NCBI RefSeq assembly: GCF_008831285.2
Contig: NC_045138.2
Span: forward strand, 19,530,001-19,594,000
Length of the DNA stretch: 64,000 nt
DNA from: Nymphaea colorata
Taxonomy: Eukaryota
Direction: 5' to 3'
Position numbers and translations under genes: made by a program
The notes under the pieces: model-generated
Seen by the model: only the letters and a program-made list of their open reading frames with translations
Databases searched by the model: none
Told to the model about the DNA's origin: nothing
Part shown: piece by piece, positions 1-11,762 of the stretch
Layout: every line of letters begins with the position of its first letter
Numbering within the stretch: the stretch's first letter is position 1

Positions 1-2328
1 GCCATCATCTGCCTCAGCGCTTCCAGTCACGACCTTTGCCCAGCTCAGTCTCCCTTTGGGAAAGGTCCCAGTAGAAGGCTGCAGACGATGATCATCCTTC
101 ACAGGCAAGGCAGACTCAACCCCCTCCATCTCAAACGAGGTCACTGAACCATCGTCAGACCATGGTTCTTTTCTGCAACTAGGGAAAAATTACTGATAAT
201 TAAGATGTACATTTTTGTGAAATTTCAAAATAATTATGTTGGTGCAGTTCCAATTTACGAAAGTATAAAGTTAAAAAAAAAATGTAGGCATTAATCTCAA
301 TATACAAAGTTGGTTCTATGCTCACATTGCTTGAAAAATGGGGCCTAAGAATGTTACCGGATCATTCTATTATATATTTTTTTGAAGAGAAAATTATATA
401 TATATATACTCCATCTACCAAGTATCATAAATATCTCCCTACTATCATGTGCAATTATGACTAATTAGACAATCGAAAGAAGTATCGGTAGAATACACTG
501 CAGAAAATTTTTCTGGTTCACTCCCAATGATTGCGAGTGGTCAGGACTTTTTCTTTTCTTCTTTGTCTAGTAAAACAAATCTTTCTACGTCGAGAATTGG
601 GAGCGATCGTGTTAGAATTTGATGTGCCCTTTATTCCAATGCAAACTGCCGACCACATGAGCCTGACCAAAAATAGTCGCTAGAAATCACAATATTGGAA
701 GATGACAGAGGTACGACTATTCATCATATGTATTGGAAGATTTTATGTAGACCTGTTTTGGAAGGCGGAGTCCATCTATTAGATCGTGCCTAGCAGGCCT
801 AGGAATCAAGATTTGCGCAAACATTTTTGGACCAAGATTGTTTCATTCTTTAGCGATTTCATCGTGCCGAGCAGGGTTCTCCTTCGTTACCATGTGATTG
901 CTTTGCTTCTGCTGCTAGAAGGGGCGTGCCGGTATCAGCTGCAAGAGCTGATGTTGCAGAGGAGGAAAAAAATGAGGGTTTTGAACTATGTATGCCCTTC
1001 CTCTTCTTTCATGCGTTCTCCTTGCGGGGACTCTTGACTGATAATCTGCTTATGAGAGATCGATCATTGCCTAGCTCTAAGAATATAGTCTGCTGAAATT
1101 TGTAATAAGTTTCTCTTATAATAATTCTCGCACTATAAAGTCTCAACTGCAACCGTGTCTCTATAACCACTTTAATTGCAAAACAAATTTTTGCTCAAGC
1201 AGACATGTAAAACACCAGCGTACTACGAGACAGAGAGAGATCTGAACGAGAGAGAGAGAGGACTGAGTATTAATTCGGATTAGAGCGGCACAAAAAAGAG
1301 GGGAAGGGTCTGTTCAAAGGGTCCGAGGAGGTCAGGGAAGAAGGTCAATCCCCGCTGCTTTGCCTGCCAGGAAGAAAAGGAACATGAGCGCTGTGTAGGC
1401 TACAGCCAAGGATGAGGTGAACGCGACGGCGTTTGCGGTGGCTTGAGGTAAGCGGTGGCCGAACAACAGAAGCGCCAGGCAGAGGAAGAAGGCGAGCTGG
1501 ATCGGCACCATCAGCAGAAGGTAGGAAAGCAACGCCACCAAGACGGAGGAAGGATCTTGGTCGCCCGTCCCACAGAGCATGTCTAACACAGCAACACCAA
1601 GGACGAAGTCCACGAGAAGAAGCGATTCTGCTAATTCCTTCCACCCCATGGTTGCGTCCCGATTCGGCATGGAGATTTCGACTTTTTCCTTGTTGGGTAG
1701 GCAGAAGGCCTTCGCCGGTGAAGTTGGTTCTGCGACTGGAAGGGGATTCTCTCCTACAACACCACAGCAACAGAGTTTAGTTAGAAGAAATAATGGAGAA
1801 AACAGACATGGAAGAAGTACCTGAATCTCAGGCAGAAGAATTGAGATGATAAAGAATAGAATGTTCACCTTAACGGTCCGGCAAACGCCAATACAAAGAA
1901 GAAGAAGAAGAAGATGACGAAGCAGAGAGCGATGAAGTCTTGTGCAGGTTTTAAAGGCAGAGAAAGGGCCCCAGCAGAGGGGATCATGGACTTTTGAGCA
2001 GTGGGTAGTAATCTGCTCACTTATCCAAAAACACGCAAGATTTTGGTAGTAGGATAGGTTTGCCTAATTATATCAAGGGCAAAATTGGTATGTGCACATA
2101 TTTGCTCAAATTTACATCTATTGGGAGAGCAGTGATGACAATGCTGACGTGGACAATTAACATACTACCACATTTAACAAGCAAAGTAAATAAATAAATA
2201 TTGGATTTTTTTAATTCAATTGGTTAGAAGACATCCAATGAATTGTCCAAGTTTGAATTTAGCTGAATCGGATGTAAGTCAGCACAAAATTACTAATACA
2301 TTTTTTCTGGTAAATGTACAAAAATAAT
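1..2328. repeat. Segmental duplication copy 1 (apparently identical to 19445-21772; begins at window edge)
   Basis: Same sequence at a constant 19,444-bp offset (ORF 786->20230, 1332->20776 with identical translations); identity breaks at ~2328/21772, weaker similarity to ~2401/21853. Confidence 0.95.
1332..1649 (-). CDS. Small three-helix membrane protein, type A (105 aa, MGWKELAES...GIDLLP)
   Basis: GC-rich ORF with three hydrophobic segments; ATG at 1649 in strong context (gcaaccATGG); gapless motif alignment with the 6318, 28565 and 36452 ORFs. Start could alternatively be 1670; possible 5' intron(s) around 1754-1867. Confidence 0.6.
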   Translation of the reverse strand: MGWKELAESLLLVDFVLGVAVLDMLCGTGDQDPSSVLVALLSYLLLMVPIQLAFFLCLALLLFGHRLPQATANAVAFTSSLAVAYTALMFLFFLAGKAAGIDLLP

Positions 2329-2759
2329 TGGAAATGAAAACAAAGACATTACCATAAATAACTGTTTTTTTTTATCTTCCGAGTAAGTACGCAATATTGA
2401 ATGCATTCCTATAGTTGATAATCGGAATGTACTTACATATGCAGAGGAATTAAAAATCAGCTGGCTACTTAACCACCTTTTCAATGTTTAATAGCATTTT
2501 GGTCGAACAGACATATCTAGCACAGTTCATATAATATAAATTAGACTAATGCGAGCACGCACGCCCTTGTCTTTGATACTGATACGACATTTTGTTTCAA
2601 ACACGACAGGTCGATTAAGTAATTTAAATTGACGTTTGCAGCTACCAAATTGGACAAAATAAATTTAGATCCAGCAAATTTGGAGCACTGGATCCATTTC
2701 AATTTTTCACATTTTTTCGTGTTCTTTTCAAAAATAACGTTTTTTTTTGTAAGTACGGT

Positions 2760-3183
2760 TGCTAGGAACTTTTTTTTGTTTGTCTATAGAGGAGATAAAG
2801 TGGACGTCACAAGACTTCCTCCCTTGTTCATTTTGATGTTGCTGCATTCTTGTTCATTGTATATAACGTCTATATTGTTCTTGTTGGTGTATAGAACTTG
2901 ATCCACACTGTACACTCATTTGAAAATTTTTTTCTTATGTAAGGGCATAATGTCATTTTGTACAAATGCGGGTTTGCCCTAATCCTTATGTTTTGAGGAT
3001 GGCCGCCGCTTGTGAATGTCTGTTCTGTGTGTTCATCTGAGAGAGAGAATACAAGAGATCTGTGCGACCGGGGACGCAAGAGATTATTGTCCCGAACCAC
3101 GTAAATCGTTGTCTTCTTCCTTGTTGCTTCTAACTCCCTCTTGAGAGTGCGAGAGGAGAGTTTATTGTGTGTTGTTCCTAACA
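2760..3183 (+). mobile_element. Probable solo LTR (Copia-like)
   Basis: Termini TGCTAGGAAC...GTTCCTAACA form a 9/10 inverted repeat with TG..CA ends; contains GAACCACGTAAAT typical of plant Copia LTRs; no matching TSD seen. Confidence 0.45.
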
Positions 3184-3281
3184 GTTCTTCCTAGTTATTT
3201 GTTGGTAGGAAGCTTTCGGAGAATTTCTAGACCCACTTTTAAATTTATGAGATGTTTTGAAGAGGCAGAGATAAGTGTGGG

Positions 3282-3362
3282 CTGGATTGTATGTGCAAGT
3301 CGAAGTACACAGAAATCTCACTGGATTGTATGTGCAAGTCGAAGTACACAGAAATCTCACTG
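3282..3362. repeat. Perfect 39-bp tandem duplication
   Basis: CTGGATTGTATGTGCAAGTCGAAGTACACAGAAATCTCA x2; a single related copy at ~33405-33443. Confidence 0.9.
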
Positions 3363-5118
3363 CTTGGTACCTATGCAGGTCTAGGCGTTGAGGGCAGGGG
3401 CAAAGGAGAGGAGAAGAGGTTCTACTTTCACCCAGGCATTTGGATAACCCTTTCATTCACCCAGCAATAAGGGTTGTTTGGTTGCTTCAGGTTAAATCCA
3501 TAATGTTTTAATCTTTAGGCAAACACAAAAACAAAAACAAAAAACACAAAAGAGAAAAGATTTTTACGCGATCAGACATGCAAGTCATCTTGAACTGATT
3601 CCATTACTAGCCGGTCAAAATCATCCTTGAATTGGCCCTAACTCGGACCCTCACATAAATGAGTCATCCAGAAAATGTATAGCCATCAAAATGGGGTGAC
3701 CCGGCCTCAAAACCTTATGGACCGAACCAAAATGGATTGATCCAGTTTCAGACCCGTTGAGTCAATCCCAAATCTATATGAACCGACCTTTAATATGCCA
3801 TGCCCTGGACCCCTTTTCAAACCTTATAAACTGGTCCGAAACTAAAGCAATCGATCTTCTAAATTTGAATTCAATTGTTCAAGTACTTTATTTGGATTTG
3901 AATTTAAGTTTGGATCTAGGTTGGCTTTTTTGTTTTCTCATGCTTATAGATCTCCATAAAGTCTCATCCGAACAAACTAAACGTACAGAGTTTTTACTTA
4001 ATTGGAAACTTTAGCTGCAATCTTTTTTTTCAATATTTTTTCCACTAAATGAGCTAATTCTTTTCCCTATATTATTTTCCACTAATCTTCATGAAATTCA
4101 CTGCAAGCCCTATTTCTTAATTATTCATTTTCTATAAGCATTTTTACGAGATAAATAACCACGCATCAGGCTGCAGCCTAATAAACTGTAAGGTGAGGTT
4201 AGATGCTGATGAAAACCGTCAAAACAAAAAGACTCATTTTCTTAGCATACACTAGACTAGACCCTCCCACTCCCATAGTGGAAACAACAGATTTCTTCCT
4301 CTAACAATTCATGAAATTCTCTTCATGGAATATACGAGGATTGATTAGAAGATATGCTAAGAGTTTATTAGTTATCAAGGTTTTCAACAGTTGATATGCT
4401 TGCACACATTCAAGCAATTTAATTTCTCTCAATTACCAGCGCCATAGTTTGGATGTGGACTTGCTAAGGGCCACAGCAATGCCAACCTCTTATCTGCAAT
4501 AAGCGATATCCAAATTCGAACATTCAAGACATAATTGTGCAGATCCACACCTCTTGGATCTTCAGAAAGCTAGCCCTCAAGCTGCCGGCGGCTCTGTTAC
4601 GCAGACAGTAAAAAGTAACATACATTTTCCTTGCGTGGTTTTCCCTTGGCCCTTGCATTTCAAAAAAGGTCGCTTGCCGTCTCCTTCCTTTCCTGTCGTT
4701 GCCGCGGCAGAAAACGCCGGCCGGTATTTTCTGCTTGGGTATCGCTGGACACTTGACTCTGAGCTTGGGTTGGCTTGAAAAGTTGTTAGGCTAGTTCGAG
4801 TGAGCTCGATAATTTATATTTAATGTTATTTTATTGTATATATAATTATATTTATTTTATTATGAATAATTATACTTGTACACTTTTATATTAAAAATAT
4901 ATATTTTTGTTAATGGGGTGGGATGGGAGCTGAAAGAGCTAGGCTGCACCTGGGCGCGAGTTTCAGGTAGTCGACCCGCCCCAGCCGGAGGAGCCCAACT
5001 CCTTGTCAGGCCCGGCGTAACCCAACATTCCGGTTTACAAAACATTAGCCACCTATTTTGGTGGAGACGACAATGCAAAAGGATGTGCCAAAGACTGCAC
5101 AGAACTTGTGCTGCCAAT

Positions 5119-5350
5119 TTTTGGCGAGGCAGGCGCCAGACGGAGCCTATCCAGCTGTCGTGCACCCTTAAAAGGGCGTTTTGATAGGGAAAGAGGGGGA
5201 ATGAAAATCAAGAGAGAAGAAGAGAGACAGAAGACTGCAGCGGCCTCAGGCAGCGTTTCCTCTCACAAGGTCATCGGAAATGGTGGTCCCCGGGATCCCA
5301 CCACTGCAAGTTACGAAAGAAAAAAGGGGTTATGGAGTAAAGCTTTTCTA
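5119..5350. repeat. Inverted repeat arm (partner ~9075-9351)
   Basis: TTTTGGCGAGGCAGGCGCCAGACGGAGCCTATCCAGCTGTC... is the reverse complement of 9311-9351; similarity continues to AAGCTTTTCTAAT / ATTAGAAAAGCTT. Confidence 0.85.
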
Positions 5351-5841
5351 ATTTCTATCCTCAGGGATGCGCGGAATACACACACAAATATATATAAACA
5401 GTTATTATATAATGATGATAGTTACATAAAGCATAATAAACTGCTTAGATTTCTTCACTAAGCAACAACCAGGAATTCTTGGAGACGGAAATTGATTTCT
5501 CTAACACCATTAAACGTACATTGCCAGATCGATTTCCTTCCGCAGAAAGGAGGATGAGGAAATCAAAAGGGCCCCGCCATCACAGAACCTAAAGGCGAAG
5601 TCCATAGGTTGGGCGAAACAATTGACGGTCACAGAATCCGAACAAAACAGATGAGGCGAGCGAGGGCATGGATCCTACTAATTTGGCGTTGATAAATGCA
5701 CCAGGGAGGGGTTCACGTCTCGGTACCAACGGACGTCCACCACCAAAGCAGTGCGGAGCAGGGGCTGGCGTCCGCAGCGCAGGAGATGACAGCCAACTGC
5801 CAGGACAGAAAAAGGTCAAAAGAAAATCCCTGACCCTCTCC

Positions 5842-6084
5842 ATCACTTTCAGCTAAGGAATATTGGGCTCGGTTTCCGTCTCTCCCTCTCCCATTCCATC
5901 ACTTTCAGCTAAGTAATATCACGAAGCTTGGGCTCGGCTCCTTATGAAAGGAGGACAGAAAATCCCCAACCCTTTCTATCACTTTCAGTTTCAGCTAAGG
6001 AATATCACAAGCTTGAGGTCGGAAAGAGGTGGGATTTATGGGAAAATCCCCGACCCCATCACTTTCAGCTAAGGAAAATCACGT
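5842..6084. repeat. Four imperfect repeats of CATCACTTTCAGCTAAGGAATATC upstream of membrane gene B
   Basis: Copies near 5842, 5897, 5978 and 6057 with related intervening sequence; absent from the paralogous promoter at ~36.2-36.3 kb. Confidence 0.8.
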
Positions 6085-6202
6085 TCCAATGGTGACAACA
6101 ACTTGGACCTACTACTCTGCTTTCGGGAATAGACATGTTGGATGCCTATCATGAAATGAATTGAGGGTCTATTGGCCATCGGAGACAGTGGTTTCTCCTA
6201 CT

Positions 6203-6209
6203 TATAAAT
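6203..6209 (+). promoter_or_regulatory. TATA box of membrane gene B
   Basis: TATAAAT followed by a pyrimidine-rich leader ~110 bp before the ATG; conserved at 36364-36370 in the paralog. Confidence 0.6.
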
Positions 6210-6317
6210 TGGGCTTGGGCAGGGGTTATCCTGCCATGCCAGTCTCCAACCTTCCCTCTTTCCCTTTTCGCCTCTCCCCAACTTCTCCCCCCTTCCTCTT
6301 CGGCTCGCCCAGCAAGC

Positions 6318-6590
6318 ATGGAGGACGGTGACAAATGTCCGAAGCTGATTCTGCTCGTCTCTACCGCGCTGTGGCTCCAGTTGTTGCCTTTGCTCCTTCA
6401 AGGTGGACTCCACAGGCAGGGCCTGCCTCTGTTTTGTCTCTTCATCGCAGCCCTCGGTGTCGCCTTCTACTGCTCGCTGGCCTCTGTCTTTCTGCCCCAC
6501 CGCTTGCCAGCAGCCGTCTCTAGTGCTCTTCTTCTGTGGACATCCATTGTGTCGATCACCTCTGCATTTTGCTTCCTGTTTACCATCTAA
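6318..6590 (+). CDS. Small three-helix membrane protein, type B (90 aa, MEDGDKCPK...FLFTI)
   Basis: Intronless ORF, caagcATGG context, TATA box, three hydrophobic segments; paralog at 36452 differs only by in-frame indels. Confidence 0.7.
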   Translation: MEDGDKCPKLILLVSTALWLQLLPLLLQGGLHRQGLPLFCLFIAALGVAFYCSLASVFLPHRLPAAVSSALLLWTSIVSITSAFCFLFTI

Positions 6591-7971
6591 AGCATGAGCA
6601 CCAGACGCTTCAGGATGTAGTCCGCAACTGTCACTGCCCTCCCCTTCCTTTGTTCACTTTGCGTATTCCCCTACAAGAGACAGTAAGCAATAAAAGTATA
6701 AACTTGGTTATATGCTACTTTCTGGTTTCGTTGCTGGGTGGTTATGTATTTCGAAACTTGTGATAGCATATTGTGTGCCCCTTATTCTTAATGATATATG
6801 TTAAGAAAAAGAAGAACGGTTGCGGTCCAAAAGCTCTCCCCTGTGCTTCTGCCCGTTCGTTCCGATGTAGTTGCTGCCCTCGCCGCTCTGGCGGCCGCCC
6901 GGCCTCCCCCTTCTTGGGGCACCCTTCCATCCCTGCCTGGCCTCCATGCTCTTTCTCTCTCGCTTATCCTTCTGTACGGTGAACCGAACCGTCATCCCCT
7001 GCTTCCGGCCACTAGTCAACACCGATTTCACCCGGCATCCGTCCTAGGCCGGCGTCCTCCGTCTCGAGCTTGGGTCAAAATTGGGCTTAGCTGATCTGCG
7101 TTTTGCTACAAATATCAATGGATCAGACTTAATTTGGTTATGCCGTTTCCCATATCTGATTTATCAAATGTTGATATAATGATATTTGATTCAGAATTGA
7201 TTGGGCCATTTCCTATTAAGCTGTTTTATGAGAAATGACCTTGCATCAACGACCTAATTAATGTCTAGAAAACTATAAAGCTAGCTAGATGCTTATAAAA
7301 ACATATTGATTTGGCGACTCAAAGCAAAGCCGGCAATGAATAAGTTAGCTGGTACATGGGTTGCACATTAATTGTCAAAAAGCAGCGTTGTTCTATGCTC
7401 ATAAACTAGTTCTAAATTAATTTACGACAATAAAAGTCCATGTACGTAGTTGTTATTGGCCAGGTGACGCATTAAATTTGTAATGAAGCAAATAATAAGT
7501 CGCAGGCTTTGAAAAGCTTCTAAAATGCATAATATTTACAAAATACAAAGGTCAAGTGTTCATATTGAACGAGAATTTAAATGAATATCCATTCATGCAC
7601 AATTTTGGTCCATCATATAACAATCATTTTGATTTAGCATGCACCACGACACAAACAAAACCTGGCTGGAAAAGGTTTCTTTTCCTTTTCCAGAATTTTA
7701 TCTTTCACGCGTGACATGAGAGAAGCCAAATCTTCCTTTTGTCTTAAAAGGACGCGGCAAATAATGCACGAGCAACGCGTGTGTCCGCAGACTCCACGTA
7801 TCTTAAACTTTAGAGCCGTCCCATCAATTATTGACCACATGAAAAGTATAAATTATAGTCTCAACATTCAAATTAAGTAGTAGGAAAACAGAGCCGCAGT
7901 CAAAGAGGTTTGAAACAATTCAAACACTTATTAAATGTGACCTGTTGACGTCATTGTGCAATGGGTTTTTA

Positions 7972-8255
7972 TGGGGTTGTTTGGCAGTATGAGAGTTTTG
8001 TAAGTATCTCATAAATCATTTTAGGAATTAGATTAGATTCACGAAACATTAGTTATAGTGTTTCATGAATCTACTTAAATTTTTGAGATCGATTCATATA
8101 ACACTTACAAAGTATTGTTGCTACCAAACAATCTTTATAAATCAGGCTTCCGCAATTCCACCGAACTCTTGGAAGATGCATTTTCACCTTTTTGTTTTCA
8201 TAAGACTTGATTTTTACAAATCTGAGTTAAAGAAGGATATCATCTAAACGCCCCC
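7972..8255. mobile_element. PIF/Harbinger (Tourist)-like MITE
   Basis: Imperfect TIRs GGGGTTGTTTGG ... CTAAACGCCCCC with TTA/TAA flanks. Confidence 0.45.
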
Positions 8256-8965
8256 TAAGCCTTTGAACTCAAAATGACTAAGTCTCACAATCAAGTGCAT
8301 TTTCCCCCTTTGAATAAATCCTAAGTGACTCTCTTATTTTACTGTCATACCGGAGGTTCGCATCGAGTCGAATGCGCACCGGACATGGGTGCGACTCACA
8401 CCCGAGTTCAGTTATAATGTTATATTACTAAATTACATATATAATATATGTTGTTTTGATATTTTCCTATACAATATAATTATTAATTATGTTATATACA
8501 TTAATAACTAAATTATAATAATATGTTTATTCTGTTATATATATAATAAATTAAAAATAATAATAATTTGAGATTTGTCATTCCAGCATCCGTACCTACG
8601 GTGACATAAAATAAACCACTAACAAAAGAAAAGAAAAGAAAAAAGTGTGTCAAAAAAAGCGGCCGGACTTGTCCGACCGGTCCTCATGCCTTGACAACGT
8701 CAGCGTTTCACCGTGTCGCGTCCTCGTCGTCAGCTTTGCCGAGACGCGTCGGTCAGGCTAATCTCATTTCTGGTTCCTTCGAAGCTAAGGTATTGAAACT
8801 GACAAAACTGCCCCTCAATTTAAACACTTGTTGCAAAATAACCAACTTCAAAGTGCAACGCAATGGTGTGAAAAGTGCAAGGCTGCCTGATTGGCGTGCT
8901 GACGAAACTGGGCTGGAGGAATTCAGGAATTATGTATACGTATATATAATTGAAATCTGTTATTT

Positions 8966-9008
<43 letters not shown>

Positions 9009-9050
9009 CATAATGATGATACTTACATAATAATAATAATAATAATAATA

Positions 9051-9074
<24 letters not shown>

Positions 9075-9083
<9 letters not shown>

Positions 9084-9351
9084 GCTTCAACAACGGATTA
9101 CAGGCCTACTCCAGAGTCCATGCCCCCTTTTTTCTTTCGTAACTTGCAGTGGTGGGACCCTCGAGATCCCGGGGACCACCATTTCCGATGACCTTGTGAA
9201 AGGAAACGCTGCAGCCTTCTGTCTCTCTCTGTGCCCGTGTAAGCTCTCTTCTTCTCTCTAGATTTTCATTCCCCCTCTTTCCCTATCAAAACTCGCTTTT
9301 ACGGATGCAGGACAGCTGGATAGGCTCCGTCTGGCGCCTGCCTCGCCAAAA
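9075..9351. repeat. Inverted repeat arm (partner 5119-5350), flanked by (TA)n tracts
   Basis: Reverse-complement match to 5119-5350; (TA)n at ~8968-9075 and ~9356-9371. Confidence 0.85.
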
Positions 9352-9490
9352 ACAAATATATATATATATATCATTTCAGAGGGAAGGACGTCAGGTCCTC
9401 CCTTGTTCTGCGAAAGGGCCGGCGGTGGCCGTCCATCCTCCGGTTACTCCTACCGTGGGGATTTTTGGTCGCAGAGAATTTATGAGAAGT

Positions 9491-9745
9491 TGAATCACAA
9501 TATACATAGGGAAGAAAACACAAACAAACTTGTCTTACCCATAATGAATTTCCAGAGGTTTACCAGTTCTTCATAGTCTTCTTTGATCCAATATCAAATA
9601 ATTCAAAGCTCGATGGCAAAGCAATAAAACCAACAATGGTTGTGCCTATGGTCATCAATTCGGTGGAGATAGTGAGCTGGTGCTTCCGCCGCATTGGTTC
9701 AATTTCTTTATCAGACTTTATATCCAATACTTCTGTGGTGAAAAA
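9491..9745 (-). pseudogene. Second, shorter vacuolar H+-pyrophosphatase exon/intron fragment
   Basis: Paralogous to 39052-39305; encodes IKSDKEIEP...QLTISTELMTIGTTIVGFIALPSSFELFDIGSKKTMKNW followed by a GTAA donor. Confidence 0.8.
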
Positions 9746-11447
9746 GTTGATTAGAATTAGGAGGAATTGAAGTGGTAGTTGAGCTTATCAAAACGACTGA
9801 CTGCATATTTTCAGATCGGTCCGAAATGAAAACTAAATCATCCATGAAAAACAATAACATTGACAAAATTAAAAAATTTTAGTGGTCCAATGTATTTTAG
9901 ATTGAGGTTAAGTTTCTCCCTACCTTGATTTGATGTTGCACTGTTTAACCTGCCCCTAAAAAAAAAAAAAAAAAATTGTCTCCTCCCTAGGGCCGACATG
10001 TCGTTTTATACCATTTTCTAAAGAAACTGAGGACTCTGGTTGTGATTTGAGAGCTGCCCTGTTTCAGGGAAGCATCTTAGCCACAGTTTCCATGAACCAG
10101 CGTATATGACATGGATCCTGGATACTACTAAATTCAAGCTTCATGACCCAGATCCAATTTATCTGCTTCAACCTTAAACTGGTCTGCGTACCTATAAGAT
10201 CCTATACAAACTGGAAGGTTGGATCTAATTGTTAACATGGATCCTAGAATTAAAATCCAAATTGCAGTTCTGGTGTTCCACCGAACAGACCTGAGTGCCA
10301 TGGCAAGTACGCTCGGATCCAAACTAATACACAATTCCTTGTTGGATCTTCATTGGATCCACAGGGACCTCTAACCAGGATGCAAAATCCATAACCCAGA
10401 ACAGGTCCTTGACTAAATGGATTCAGGTTGCATGCTAAGTCAATCAGATTTCAATATTGTGTGAGCCAAACTTGATCCATTAATTTACTATATTGGTCCA
10501 TCTTAACTGACTACAAAACCCAAATCCCCAGGCCCGATGCCTCTCACCCAGATCAATAGACCAAAATTCAGATCATTAATGGGTCTGGATCCAAACCATA
10601 TACCAAAGCCTAGTCCCCTCAATGAGGTGAACAAGCTGGACCTTGCTTCTGAATCCAAATCCTCAAATCTGGAAGGCTATATCAGAACAGTAATGAAACT
10701 GGATTCAAGTCGCAAGCTTCTCTGGATAGTGTCTCAACCAATCCATGTGCCCTTATTTGGATTTGGAAATTGAATATGGATTCAGATCGGAACCTCAACT
10801 TTCAACCCAAAATTATATGAAGGTGTTGGTTAAAGTCTGGAAACTGGACCCCGTTCTTTATTAAATGGATCCGGGTCATTGATTGATAGGGTGTGGACCA
10901 CTGTCTCCCCAGTTCAAATCGGTGATGCCATAATTCCGTCACCTTTCATCGGAATCTTGATGTCGACGGAGGAGTAGGTCGCCAGTAGGGCGGGGCCGCC
11001 GGCGGGGACATGGGACTCGCTTGGGCCTGGCCCGTTAAGAACGAGTTGAGCCGAATCAAACCCGTCGGACAGATTCGAACCTGGTTTTACCGGGCCACGC
11101 TTTGGTCGCCAGAAAAATGGCATCGGTTTGGCAACAGATAGGAAAGAACAGAGACGGAGAGGGAAGCGAATTTTCTTGAAACTTGTTTCTCAGTTATCAA
11201 ACTTACAACTCACTGTCACATGTACAACAAAATCAGAATGAGAAACATTCCTTTATTCCATTCCAGAAAACTTATTTCATATATTCTTTTAACTTTACAA
11301 GTACAACTTTAACTTCACAAGTACAAAGCAAAAGAAGAAGTATACGCTAGATTATAACAGGATCAAGACAACCAGAAAATCAAACTTATTTTAAACTTAA
11401 CCGGCAAAAGCAAAAGGTCTATTTGAAGGGAATTGAGAGTTCCAAAG

Positions 11448-11762
11448 TTACGGTTGGAGCTGTCCGGCGATCATCTTCAGAAGAATGACCCAGAGGAACC
11501 CAAAGGCGGAGGTGAGAAGCGCACCGGCCCTGGTCCACGGCAGAGCGTCAACGATGAAGCCTGGCAATTAGTCGTCGCTGAAGAAGAAGTGGAACAGGGA
11601 GCAGAAGAAGGTGATCAACAGGCCGACCATAGCGAGGAGGAGGCCCGGAAACAGAGACGAGAGGGAAGCTCCTTCTCCGTCTTGAGTCACCAAATTGAGC
11701 AGCAGCAGCAACATCGGGAAAGAAAAGAGAAACATCGGCATCCGCCATTCCCCACCCGCCGT
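11448..11762 (-). pseudogene. Disabled copy of membrane gene type C
   Basis: Versus 28254-28565: start ATG->ACG (11760-11762) and CAA->TAA nonsense at 11568-11570; frame continues LPGFIVDALPWTRAGALLTSAFGFLW... to a stop at 11448; TATAAAA retained at 11828-11834. Confidence 0.75.

Noticed and set aside
786..1037. 83-aa ORF present twice
   Set aside because: GTG start; its conservation only reflects the identical duplication.
1345..1824. Overlapping and antisense ORFs over gene A (likewise over B, C and SEO, e.g. 61317-61883)
   Set aside because: Shadow frames of GC-rich coding sequence.
1868..1990. Upstream ATG with signal-peptide-like FVIFFFFFFVLAFA exon for gene A
   Set aside because: Derived from a (TTC)n tract; the obvious splice joins a different frame from the membrane ORF. 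Unresolved without transcripts.
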